From positions 31,992,001 to 32,056,000 of the forward strand of contig OZ024754.1 in NCBI GenBank assembly GCA_964016885.1: a DNA stretch of 64,000 bases, in the 5' to 3' direction. The notes under the pieces were generated by a model. It was given only the letters and a program-made list of their open reading frames with translations. It searched no databases and had not been told where the DNA came from. The translations under genes were made by a program, and so were the position numbers. This stretch comes from Eledone cirrhosa. Its lineage: Eukaryota. Within the stretch, counting starts at the first letter, position 1. Every line of letters begins with the position of its first letter. Of the stretch, positions 1 through 11,706 are shown one piece after another.

Positions 1-71
1 AATAAATTCTCTCTCTGAAACAACTTTCTTTCAGTTAAAATGTTAGCAATCCTTCGTCTTAGGTAAACGCA

Positions 72-79
72 CCGGAAGT
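72..79 (+). promoter_or_regulatory. Candidate ETS/GABP site (CCGGAAGT), possible ZNF-1 promoter
   Basis: Same octamer as in the other ZNF promoters. Candidate donor AAG|GTAATT near 363 and acceptor TTTTTACAG at ~1413 give a similar two-exon layout. Confidence 0.45.
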
Positions 80-462
80 TGTATATTTTTCTTTTTGTTG
101 TCGTTAAGTGGGCCATGTACATGATTTTTGTTATAACAAACCCTATTTGTTTATCGTTCTTTATCATTTATTTTCGCTCGTCATATACCACGCTGTGTTA
201 ATGCTATTTCTAATCACTGTACACCAATTTCATGAACAAAGAAAATTTCACGCAACACAATGTCCATGTTGATTTAGAGTGACCTCCCTTCGTAAGCTTG
301 ATGTACTTAACAAAGTATCTATTGTTTGTCATCAAGATCGACTATTTAAATATATTTCGTAAGGTAATTGATAATTTTCTGAAGTTAAACATTATTTGCT
401 GTACATTTAATGTATTGTGCATTAAGAAACATCCGATCTTATTCTTTATGAACACTTACATT

Positions 463-756
463 GAGTGCGGCCGTGCTGGGGCACCGCCTTGATATACTTG
501 ATCACATCCTCCTCACCACTTTTTTTTTCAAGTCCGATGCTTATTTTATCGATCTCGTTGCTGTCGAACCGCGAAGTTACGAGACATAGACACGGACACA
601 AACACACACACATGTATATATCAAATTCCATTCACAAGCCATTAGTCAACCCAAGGCTATAGTAGAAGACACTTGCCCAAGGTGCCACGTAGTGGAACTG
701 AACACAGAAACAATTGGTTGTGAAGCGAACTTCTTAGCCACTCAGTCCTGCCTGTA
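463..756 (-). mobile_element. Degenerate tRNA-derived SINE segments
   Basis: GGCCGTGCTGGGGCACCGCCTTGA...GAACCGCGAAGTTACG, with a related copy at ~7975-8070, and AAGACACTTGCCCAAGG...TTCTTAGCCACTCAG, which reads as the reverse of a tRNA-like head plus CORE-like segment. Confidence 0.6.
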
Positions 757-771
757 CCTATATAAATAAGC

Positions 772-1300
772 AAGAGAAAAATACACCCAGTCCACCCTGT
801 GAGGTTGTTGTGTTGGTGACACGAGAAAAATACACCCAGTTCACCCCGTGAGGTTGTTGTGTTGGTGACACGAGAGAAATACACCCAGTCCACCATGTAA
901 AATGGTTGTGTTGGTGACATGAGAAAAAAGTACCCACTCCACTCTGTAAGTTGATCATGGGGGTGGCACGAAAAAATAAACCATCCAGTTCACTCTGTAA
1001 TATGGTTGTGTTGGTGACGTGAGGAACAAAAGCACACAGTCTGCTCTGTAAGGTGGTTGTGCTGGTGACACAATGAAAAAGCATCCAGTCCACTGTTAAA
1101 TGGTCATTTTGGTGCAATGATAAAAAGTACTCAGTCCAGACTGTATCATGGTTGGCATTTGGAAGGGCATCCAACCATAGACACCAAGCCAAAATACGGA
1201 TCTGTGTGAGCATGACATGTTCACCTGATCTGATTTGTCTCATATATACGAGAACCCATCTAATCCATGCAAGCATGGAAAATAGAGATTAAACGATGAT
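772..1300 (+). mobile_element. RTE-type retroposon 3' region with an internal ~46-bp unit tandemly expanded about 8 times
   Basis: Repeating AAAAATACACCCAGTCCACCCTGTGAGGTTGTTGTGTTGGTGACACGAG, followed by GGAAGGGCATCCA and the tail CCATGCAAGCATGGAAAATAGAGATTAAACGATGAT shared with the RTE at 9719-11064. Confidence 0.7.
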
Positions 1301-1765
1301 ATATACACATCATCGTTTAATGTCTATTCTGTGTTTGTATATATATATACATACATACACACACACACACACATTTACTTTCTCTTACACCATATCTTTT
1401 GTATATTTTACAGTTATATTGAATGTTCCATTACACTACCTGTCATAGAAGAACAGTGATTTCATCAGAACATCTGCTACATTTTATGGACATTGCATAT
1501 TGTTTAAGCCTACAGAGCATCCATTAACCATATCCATGCTTATTTATGTCAAAATAAGTCTTTCTTTTTTCTACAAAAATATGTCTGCAACTTGGAAAGG
1601 ACACAGTCAGCAACAAATATTCCAGTAATGAGTTGAAAATATGTCTTCATTGTATATATTCTACATTTGTAAACAGAGTCCCATGATATCCAAAACAAGA
1701 CCTGAACTATAATAGATTATAATCTTGGACATTTCTTAGCTTTTAAGAAATCCTAGAGAATTAAT

Positions 1766-2575
1766 ATGGAAGATGTCAATCACTTGGACACTTTGAACAC
1801 AGGTGTTTCTAAAAGCATAGATGCATTTACACAGACATACAGTAGTGAGAAACCTTTACGTAGTGAAAAGTTTGCTAAAACAAGATCATTGCGCAAAAAT
1901 ATTACAAAATATCGCTGTGACATTTGTAGAAGAAAGTTCGCTTCAAAATGTGAGGTCTCTGCACACAAAGAAAGACACAAGAGTGAAAAATCCTACCATT
2001 GTGAAATATGTGGTAAATATTTCCTGAATGATTCTGATCTTGTTATCCATAAAAGCATTCACAATGAACTAAAACCTCACCACTGTGAAATATGCAGCAA
2101 ATCTTTTTTCTCTAGGTGCAAATTAACAAGACACAAAATAATACATACTGGAGAAAAACCATTTCACTGTGAAATATGTGGGAAATCTTTCACACAAAAT
2201 TCAAATCTTGTTATCCACAAAAGAATCCACACTGGGGAAAACCCATTTCACTGTGAAGTATGTGAGAAATGTTTTAATAATAATTCTAGTCTTAAAGTCC
2301 ACATCCGTAGTCACACTGGAGAAAAACCATATCACTGTGAAATATGTGGAAACTCTTTTGTGAATAGTAGTAATTTAAAAAAACACAAAAGAATACACAC
2401 TGGTGAGAAAGCCTTCCATTGCAAAATATGTGGAAAATCTTTCATTGAAAATTCTAAGCTTAAAATCCACATACGTAGTCACACCAAAGAAAAACCCTAT
2501 CAGTGTGAAATATGTGGAAAATTATTCTCTGTTAATTCTAGTCTTGTTATCCACAAACGTACTCACACTGGATAA
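1766..2575 (+). CDS. ZNF-1: C2H2 zinc-finger protein, 8 fingers (CEICGK type, divergent from the other seven)
   Basis: ATG at 1766; 8 C-x2-C-x12-H-x3-H units with TGEKP-type linkers; ends at a TAA that falls inside a linker (HTG*). Confidence 0.9.
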   Translation: MEDVNHLDTLNTGVSKSIDAFTQTYSSEKPLRSEKFAKTRSLRKNITKYRCDICRRKFASKCEVSAHKERHKSEKSYHCEICGKYFLNDSDLVIHKSIHNELKPHHCEICSKSFFSRCKLTRHKIIHTGEKPFHCEICGKSFTQNSNLVIHKRIHTGENPFHCEVCEKCFNNNSSLKVHIRSHTGEKPYHCEICGNSFVNSSNLKKHKRIHTGEKAFHCKICGKSFIENSKLKIHIRSHTKEKPYQCEICGKLFSVNSSLVIHKRTHTG

Positions 2576-3160
2576 AAAAAAAATGTTTCATTGTGAAATG
2601 TGGGAAATCTTTTGTCGCTAACAGTAATTTAACAAAACAAACACATTGTGAAATGTGTGAGGAAATCTTTCATTAATTCCAATTGGGGTCGATAAAATAA
2701 AGCACTAGGGTCAATTTAATCGACTTTCCCTCCCCCCAAAATTGTGAAATATGTGGGAAATCTTTTGTCTCTAACAGTAATTTAACAAAACAAACACATT
2801 GTGAAATGTGTGAGGAAATCTTTCATTATTAATTCAAATTGGGGTCGATAAAATAAAGTACTAGGGTCAATTGAATCGACTTTCCCTCCCCCCAAAATTG
2901 CTGGCCTTATACCTATAGTAGAAACAGTTATTAATTCAAATCATATTATTACACATACTATCACACTGGAGAAAAATCCTTCCCCTTTGAAATATGTGGA
3001 AAGCATTAGTCACTGAGTAATTTCAGAAAACAAAAGAATACACGCAGCAAAAAGCCCATACCATTGTGAAAACATCATTCCCTGTTAATTCTAATCTTGT
3101 AGTTCACAAAATGATACACATTGGAGAAAAACTGTTTCGTTGTAAAATATATGAGAAATT
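2576..3160 (+). pseudogene. Decayed zinc-finger repeats after the ZNF-1 stop, with a ~150-bp tandem duplication containing a SINE piece
   Basis: Frameshifted TGTGAAATATGTGGGAAATC and CACACTGGAGAAAAA remnants; ~2591-2741 repeats at ~2742-2899. Confidence 0.75.
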
Positions 3161-3394
3161 ATTTATCACGTCTCTTCTCGCATCATCCCGCTTTCATAGG
3201 TGAAACATTTATATTGCTTTTCATAATACCTAGAATATATACTCACCACACCTGCATAAACATCCATACCACTAAGGTTAAAGTCACACAGACACACATA
3301 TACCTATTTTAAATTTTATTTTATGAAAATCTTAAAATTTCAAATTAAAATCTTATTTATAACTACAATATTTGTTGAGTGTTTTCTGGTGTAA

Positions 3395-6258
3395 TCTAGT
3401 GTTGTTTGTGTAATGGTTGTATCAGATAATGTGTTGTGTTGTGATGTTTGTGTAATGGTTGTATCAGATAATGTTGTGTTGTGATGTTTGTGTAATGGTT
3501 GTATCAGATAATGTTGTGTTGTGATGTTTGTGTAATGGTTGTATCAGATAATGTTGTGTTGTGATGCTTGTGTAATGGTTGTATCAGATAATGTTGTGGG
3601 GTGTTGTTGTATCAGATAATGTTGTGTTGTGATGTTTGTGTAATGGTTGTATCAGATAATGTTGTGTTGTGATGCTTGTGTAATGGTTGTATCAGATGTG
3701 TTGTGATGTTTGTGTAATGGTTGTATCAGATAATGTGTTGTGTTGTATAATGGTTGTATCAGATAATGTGCTGTGTAGTGTAATGGTTGTATCAGATAAT
3801 GTGTTGTGTAGTGTAATGGTTGTATCAGATGTGGTGTGTTGTGTAGTGTAATGGTTGTATCAGATAATGTGTTGTGTTGTATAATGGTTGTATCAGATAA
3901 TGTGTTGTGTAGTGTAATGGTTGTATCAGATAATGTGTTGTGTAGTGTAATGGTTGTATCAGATAATGTTGTGTTGTGATGTTTGTGTAATGGTTGTATC
4001 AGATAATGTTGTGTTGTGATGTTTGTGTAATGGTTGTATCAGATAATGTTGTGTTGTGATGCTTGTGTAATGGTTGTATCAGATAATGTTGTGTTGTGAT
4101 GTTTGTGTAATGGTTGTATCAGATAATGTTGTGTTGTGATGCTTGTGTAATGGTTGTATCAGATAATGTTGTGTTGTGATGTTTGTGTAATGGTTGTATC
4201 AGATAATGTTGTGTTGTGACGTTTGTGTAATGGTTGTATCAGATGTTGTGTTATGATGTTTGTGTAATGGTTGTATCAGATAATGTTGTGTTGTGATGTT
4301 TGTGTAATGGTTGTATCAGATAATGTTGTGTTGTGATGCTTGTGTAATGGTTGTATCAGATAATGTTGTGTTGTGATGTTTGTGTAATGGTTGTATCAGA
4401 TAATGTTGTGTTGTGATGCTTGTGTAATGGTTGTATCAGATAATGTGTTGTGTTGTGATGCTTGTGTAATGGTTGTATCAGATAATGTTGTGTTGTGATG
4501 CTTGTGTAATGGTTGTATCAGATAATGTTGTGTGGTGTTGTTTGTGTAATGGTTGTATCAGATAATGTTGTGTGGTGTTGTTTGTGTAATGGTTGTATCA
4601 GATAATGTTTTGTGATGTTTGTGTAATGGTTGTATCAGCTAATGTTGTGTTGTGATGTTTGTGTAATGGTTGTATCAGATAATGTGTTGTGTTGTGATGT
4701 TTGTGTAATGGTTGTATCAGATAATGTTGTGTTGTGATGTTTGTGTAATGGTTGTATCAGATAATGTCGTGTTGTGATGTTTGTGTAATGGTTGTATCAG
4801 ATAATGTTGTGTTGTGATGTTTGTGTAATGGTTGTATCAGATAATGTTGTGTTGTGATGCTTGTGTAATGGTTGTATCAGATAATGTGTTGTGTTGTGAT
4901 GTTTGTGTAATGGTTGTATCAGATGTTGTGTTGTTGTATAATGGTTGTATCAGATAATGTTGTGTTGTGATGCTTGTGTAATGGTTGTATCAGATAATGT
5001 GTTGTGTTGTGATGTTTGTGTAATGGTTGTATCAGATAATGTTGTGTTGTGATGTTTGTGTAATGGTTGTATCAGATAATGTTGTGTTGTGATGTTTGTG
5101 TAATGGTTGTATCAGATAATGTTGTGTTGTGATGTTTGTGTAATGGTTGTATCAGATAATGTTGTGTTGTGATGCTTGTGTAATGGTTGTATCAGATAAT
5201 GTTGTGTTGTGTTGTTTGTGTAATGGTTGTATCAGATGTTGTGTTGTGTTGTTTGTGTAATGGTTGTATCAGATAATGTTGTGTTGTGATGTTTGTGTAA
5301 TGGTTGTATCAGATGTTGTGTGGTGTTGTTTGTGTAATGGTTGTATCAGATAATGTTGTGTTGTGATGTTTGTGTAATGGTTGTATCAGATAATGTTGTG
5401 TTGTGATGCTTGTGTAATGGTTGTATCAGATAATGTTGTGTTGTGATGTTTGTGTAATGGTTGTATCAGATGTTGTGTTGTGTTTTTTGTGTAATGGTTG
5501 TATCAGATAATGTGTTGTGTTGTGATGTTTGTGTAATGGTTGTATCAGATAATGTTGTGTTGTGATGTTTGTGTAATGGTTGTATCAGATAATGTGTTGT
5601 GTTGTGATGTTTGTGTAATGGTTGTATCAGGTGTTGTTGTATAATGGTTGTATCAGATGTTGTGTTGTGATGTTTGTGTAATGGTTGTATCAGATGTTGT
5701 GTTGTGATGTTTGTGTAATGGTTGTATCAGATGTTGTGTTGTGATGTTTGTGTAATGGTTGTATCAGATAATGTGTTGCATTGCGTAATGGTTCTATAAG
5801 ATGATGTGTTGTGTTGTTTGCAATTGTATCAGATAATGTGCTGTGTAGTGTAATGGTTGTATCAGATAATGTGTTGTGTTGTATAATGGTTGAATCAGAT
5901 AATGTGTTGTGTTGTGTAATGGTTGTATCAGATAATGTGTTGTGTTGTATAATGGTTGTATCAGATAATGTGTTGTGTAGTGTAATGGTTGTATCAGATA
6001 ATTGTTTCTATTTTAGGCACAAGGCCAGCAATTACCCAGTGCCTTACTGGTACTTTATTTTATCGACCCCTTAAGGATGAAAGGCAAAGTCAACCTCGGC
6101 GGGATTTGAACTCAGATCATAAAGGGACGTAACTATGCTGGAAAGCATGGCGTCCGACCCTCTACCGATACTCCCAATCCATTGTATCAGATAATGTGTT
6201 GTATAGTGTAATGGTTGTATCAGATAATGTGTTGTGTAGTGTAATGGTTGTATCAGAT
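3395..6258. repeat. Satellite 1: 40-bp GT-rich unit ATGTTGTGTTGTGATGTTTGTGTAATGGTTGTATCAGATA, with ~33-42-bp variants
   Basis: Direct tandem repetition over ~2.8 kb, interrupted by a SINE at 6003-6181. Confidence 0.97.
6003..6181 (-). mobile_element. Nin/Deu-domain-like SINE inserted in satellite 1
   Basis: The reverse strand carries GAGTTCAAATCCCGCCGAGGTTGACTTTGCCTTTCATCC...GGGGTCGATAAAATAAAGTACCAG; flanked both sides by TTGTATCAGATAAT. Confidence 0.85.
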
Positions 6259-6269
6259 ACAAGTCACAG

Positions 6270-6503
6270 CTTATCCTATTTTCATTGGTAATAAGCAACT
6301 GAGAGTATAAGACTTCTCTCTGGACAGGACACCAATCCATTGCAGATTTAACTCCCAGTAGCTGTTGCTGATACTCAAATAGCCACATTGACTGGTGTAA
6401 CAGAAAGTGAAGTGTTTTACACAAGAATATGTCATCCAGGGCAGGAATTGAACCCACAACATTGCAATCATGAGCTCAACACCCTAACCAGACTATGTGC
6501 CTT
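6270..6503 (-). mobile_element. tRNA-derived CORE-like SINE
   Basis: Reverse strand has A box, B box (GGTTCAATTCC) and TTCTTGTGTAAAACACTTCACTT; homologous to 6947-7180. Confidence 0.7.
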
Positions 6504-6946
6504 CATATATTAAAATTTTATTTTACATTGGACACATTTTTTCAACCATTTATATTTTTCACTGGAATAAACTTTCTTGAAAAGGGCACTGAACCAGAGG
6601 ATTCGGCCTCAAAAAGTCATCCAACCCATGCTGGCATGGAAAAATAGATGTAAGCTTAATAATAATGATAATATTGTTTCTACTTTAGGCACAAGGCCAG
6701 CAATTACCCAGTGCATTACTGGTACTTTATTTTATCGACTCCGTAAGGATGAAAGGCAAAGTCAACCTTGGCGGGAGGTTGACTTTGCCTTGTTATCCAA
6801 TTATATTCATGAAGAAATAATTTCTTTTGTGGCTTGTGTATTATTTGTAATATAATAAAATACAGTGATGATATTTTTTATATATAGGATTACATATTTC
6901 AGCTATTCACCGACAAGTTAAATATATCAACAGTATCTTTCCATGT

Positions 6947-7180
6947 GAAGTCATGTGGCCTAGTGGTAAGGGTGTTGGACTTACAATCATGTCGTGGGTT
7001 CGATTCCTGGCCTGGGTTGTATGTTGTGTTCTTGAGCAAAACACTTCATTTCACGTTGCTCCAGTATACTCAGCTGAAAATGAGTACGAGCAATAGCTGG
7101 GAGCTTAACCCTATGATGGACTGGCATCCTGTCCAAGGGGAAGTCTTGTACTCTCAGTCACTTCATGCCATGAAATTAAA
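6947..7180 (+). mobile_element. tRNA-derived CORE-like SINE
   Basis: A box TGGCCTAGTGG, B box GGTTCGATTCC, then TTCTTGAGCAAAACACTTCATTTCAC. Confidence 0.75.
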
Positions 7181-8332
7181 TAAGCACTGGCTTAAGACAG
7201 ACTTTAGAGTATATTTCTCCCTTCTATAGATATGTCAGATGAAATATATAGGAATATTCTGAAAGAATCATCACCCTCATACATTTATTTTCCATGATTG
7301 CATGTGTTAAACAAGTCATCATGGTGTCAGACTTGACTGATCAAACCATATTTGGATTGGTGTCTACCACTGAATGCCCTTCATAGTTACTTTACATCAA
7401 GCAGATAATATAAAAAATAATTGAAGAGAATTAAATAGAAAGAATATTTTTATTGAAAATATAACAGTGGTAAGTTATCTCACCAATGTTGATATAGTTA
7501 TGATTATATAAAATATATTGTTGGGAGGTTATCACACACTGTTATATCTTTGCTTCTGTGTGAATATATTTATAGTTGTATAAAATATTTTTTCCATAGA
7601 TTGATTTTTTCTGTAGTTAGTTACTCTTATGGATGAATACATACAAATCCTTTTACTATGTATTCATAAGGCTGACTAAGCTGAAACCTAATGTCCTAAC
7701 AGAGACTAGGGACCCATCAATTTCTGTTTTTTACCAAGGCAATGTTACCTGTGCCCAAGGGATCCACTTTTTAAAGACACCTTACACTCTGCAAACTATT
7801 GATATGTGTAAATGTCCTTCGACAGTATATTATTAAATTTTCTATTTGATAATTTGTATTAAAAATATCATATCAGGCTGAGGCTGTAAGTTTGAAATGC
7901 CAGAGAACACCTGAAACATCTGAAACTCCAGGGACCTGGCCATGGGTTAAGATGGCTTTGCTTTCAGCCATTAGACTGTGGTCATGCTTAAGCACTGCCT
8001 TGAAAGGATTTAGTCAATTGTATCATCACCAGTACTTTCTCTCAAACCACTAAGTTATGAAACATAAACTCACACACAAATATAAAGACAAATGCAGACA
8101 CACACATATATTTGTGTGTGTGTATATATATATAAATTTGTCCCCTTAACCACAGTTTTCAATTTGCCATGCCATTTAACGTATGTTTATTACTCTAAGA
8201 TGTAACTAAGCGATTTATCGCTATCCTCTTCTTGAGTGCTTCGTGCAAAGCTTCCGAATATTGTTTTCTTTGTGGATGCTGGCCAAGCACTGCAACTTCG
8301 ATTTTACTCACTTCCATTCTTATATATATATA

Positions 8333-9146
8333 CAAGAAGGATTTTGAGCATCTTTCAATTGATCAAATCAAAAGCCTTCTTGAAATCTATGAATAAAATT
8401 GCTGCCTCCTTGTGATTCCGTACCTCCTCAACAATCCTTCTTAGAGCCAAGACGTGCAAGGCAGTAGAGTGAAATTGCCGAAATCCATTCTGGTTGGAAC
8501 ATAGAATGTTGTTAACACATGGTCTGATCCTATTCAGAATCATTCTATTGTAAGTCTTTGCTGCAATTTGTGTAAGACTGATGCCTCTATAGTTGGTGTA
8601 GATGGTAAGGTCATCTTTCTTGAGTATTGGTACTATTCCTGATATTCCCCCATTCCTCAGACTTCAAAGGTTTCAACGCTGGTCTCTTAGAAATTTGCAA
8701 ACTTTGGGTAGTTTCATAGGAATTTTGCCTGGTTTCATTGCCTTTAGTGCATTGTCTACCTCTTCTAAGAGTCAATCACTACATCTAGCTCGCAGCAATT
8801 ATCAGCTGATAGGGGTTTGTGGAAGTGCTCCCTCCAAGTCACAAGGTGGTTTTCTCCTTGGATATATATACCACATTCTTCCTCTTCTTGTTACCAGAAA
8901 ATTCTATTACCAGTCTCCAAGCTTCTCTGGGTGTATTGTTGTTTCTATTCTCAAAATAAGTCAGGATTTAGTTGATTCTTTCATCCTCTAGATGGTTGAA
9001 AGTACAGCACTGAATTCTCTGGTGATGCTGTACATCTTGAAGGTGTCGTTTCTGACTGTAGCCATTGCTGCACTTTCCACAGTGGGTGTGGCTCGACTGG
9101 GAAATATTGGTAGGATTTCCTCACCCACTTCATTACAGATGGAAAC
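8333..9146 (-). mobile_element. Non-LTR retrotransposon RT fragment (RTE-related), between (TA)n tracts
   Basis: Minus-strand translation YRGISLTQIAAKTYNRMILNRIRP...QNGFRQ...FIDFKKAFD matches early RT domains; frameshifted further upstream. Confidence 0.85.
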
Positions 9147-9170
9147 ATATATAATATATATATATATATA

Positions 9171-9558
9171 TGGTGCAGGGCTTAGTGGTTAGAGCATTGG
9201 GCTTCCAATCGAACGGTTGTGAGTTCAATTCTCAGACCGGGTGATGTGTTATTTCCTTGAGCAAGACACTTTATTTCACATTGCTCCAGTTTACTCAGCT
9301 GTAGAAATGAGATGATAGGGACTGGGGTCCCTATCATTCCACTGCAAAGTGGTCGTGGAGGTGCCACGGCAAAAAAGCACCCAGCACTCACTGTAAATGA
9401 GGTTGGTGTTAGGGAGGGCATCCAGCTGTAGAAATTAGGCCAGAATCAGTTCCTGTATGAGCAAGACAAGGTCAGCCGACCGGACACTGCCCACAACAGG
9501 ACAACCCGTCTAACCCATGCTAGCATGGAAGAACGGACGTAAAACGGTGATGATGATG
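9171..9558 (+). mobile_element. Young tRNA-CORE-RTE-tail SINE
   Basis: GGCTTAGTGG and GAGTTCAATTC boxes, CCTTGAGCAAGACACTTTA core, tail GGACGTAAAACGGTGATGATGATG; highly similar to 38701-39043 and 47360-47677. Confidence 0.9.
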
Positions 9559-9718
9559 TAGTATAGTAAATTTCATAAAATATTTTATAACCAAAGTTGG
9601 CAGAGCACCTGAGCGTCAAATTGTAATATACAAATTTAGGTTGGTTAAATTCACAGTGAAATGTGCATATTGAACAGATGTAAATGTGAATTTAACCTAA
9701 TTTTGTATATATATATAT

Positions 9719-11062
9719 CAACATCATCATCATCGTTTAACGTCCATGTTCCACGCTTGCATGGGTTTGGACGGGAGTTTTCCCACTTGAGGCAAGAGTG
9801 GTTGTCTTGCTCGCATAGGACTGTCTGGCGGGTTTTCTACAGCTGGATGCCCTTCCTAACACCAACCACATTTACAATGTGGGACTGGGAGGTTTTTACG
9901 GTGTTGCCTACACGGCCACATTACAGCGTGGACTGTGTGTTTTTTTGTCGTGACACCTACACGATCTCATTTGTTTCGGCCTGGATATTGTGGCACCAAC
10001 GTAACTTTACATTGAAAGGAGCGGTGTGGATGGGGTGGGGGTGGTGTGACGGGGGCGTATTTTGTTAGAGATGCCTACTGACTGTAGTAGGTTTACTTTG
10101 TATTTTGGCAAGGCGGGTCTTCTCTATTACTGAGTACCGCCAAAGATCTCGGTCCAGTGACATTGTCTTGGAGAGGTGTAAGTGTGTGAGGTCGGAATTT
10201 ATCAGGTCGTCCCAGGTTTTTCTGGGTCTGCCTACTCCTTGGCTACCGTCTATTTTTATTGCCCTGCACTTTTTTATACAGCTGTCGTCTTTCATGCGCA
10301 TCACGTGACCATACCAACATAGCCTTCTCTCGAGTAAACAACATCTGATCCCTCTTATTTCTAATGTTTCCCTTAGTTCGCTTATGCTTTGCCGTTCACG
10401 TATATTACTATTACACATCCAGCGGAGCATGCAAGCTTCGTTCCTCTCTAGTCTGCGTATATCCTCTGCACACAATGCCCAGGTCTCACTGCCATGCAAC
10501 ATTGCTGTTTGTATGCAAGCATCATACAACCTGCCTTTCATTTTTAGGGAGAACCCTTTAGCGGCTAATAGTGGTATAAGCTCTCTGAACTTTTTCCATC
10601 CAGTTCTGACTCTAGCTACTGTACTTTCAGAGCACCCTCCCCCACTGCTGATTTTGTCACCCAGGTAATGGAAGCTGTCCACTATTTCTATAGAACCCTC
10701 TGCGCAATTGAAAGAGCTAGTATTTTGTGGGCACTTGCTGCTACTTATTGCACCCGAGCACCGGCCACATGTAAAATCTATGTTCTTAGTTAGCTTACCT
10801 GTGATCCCACTACATCTTTTATGCACCCATACTTTGCATTTGGGACATAAAATGGAGTTTCTACCTACGCCTTTCCTACACACTGAGCATGGGCATTTCC
10901 CGGAAGGGACCGGCGCCTTATTTTCTTTCCTACAAACTAGAACTTTAGTCTTAGCCAGGTTAATTTTAAGGCCTTTTGATTCTAGGCCGTGCTTCCATGT
11001 TTGGAATTTCTTCTCTAGCTCGGCCATTGATTCAGCTATGAGCGTTAGATCATCTGCGTATA

Positions 11063-11064
<2 letters not shown>
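9719..11064 (-). mobile_element. 5'-truncated RTE-clade LINE: RT C-terminal half with a Cys-rich PHD-like insert, 3' UTR and (GAT)n tail, inserted in (TA)n
   Basis: ILYADDLTL starts at ~11064; open ORF 10065-11027 (KINLAKTK, FHYLG, MLHGSETW, WYGHVMR, GRPRKTW); (TA)n on both sides. Confidence 0.92.
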
Positions 11065-11106
<42 letters not shown>

Positions 11107-11248
11107 CAGGCTTCTGCAGTTTCTGTTTACCCAATTTCACTTACAAAGCATTCTATTATACCCAAGGCTATAATAGAAGTTATTTTTCCAGGGTCGTGGG
11201 CAATAGGACTGAAACTTAATAACATATATTATGCATGTATATATATAT

Positions 11249-11295
<47 letters not shown>

Positions 11296-11297
11296 GC

Positions 11298-11342
<45 letters not shown>

Positions 11343-11377
11343 GCATGTATATATATATATATATATATATATTATGC

Positions 11378-11418
<41 letters not shown>

Positions 11419-11420
11419 GC

Positions 11421-11457
<37 letters not shown>

Positions 11458-11601
11458 GCATGTATATATATATATATATATATTATGCATGTATATATAT
11501 ATATATATATTATGCATGTTTATATATATTATGCATGTATATATATATATATATATATTATGCATGTATATATATATATATATATATTATGCATGTATAT
11601 A

Positions 11602-11633
<32 letters not shown>

Positions 11634-11672
11634 CATATATATATATACATATATATATATATACATATATAT

Positions 11673-11706
<34 letters not shown>
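11065..11706. repeat. (TA)n microsatellites; 11225-11600 is a compound array TTATGCATG(TA)n
   Basis: Seen directly; about a dozen ATGCAT palindromic nodes separated by variable TA runs. Confidence 0.95.

Noticed and set aside
5811-6457. ORFs with VVSDNVLC and YLIQPLHYTTH repeats
   Set aside because: Translations of satellite 1 variants and SINE sequence.
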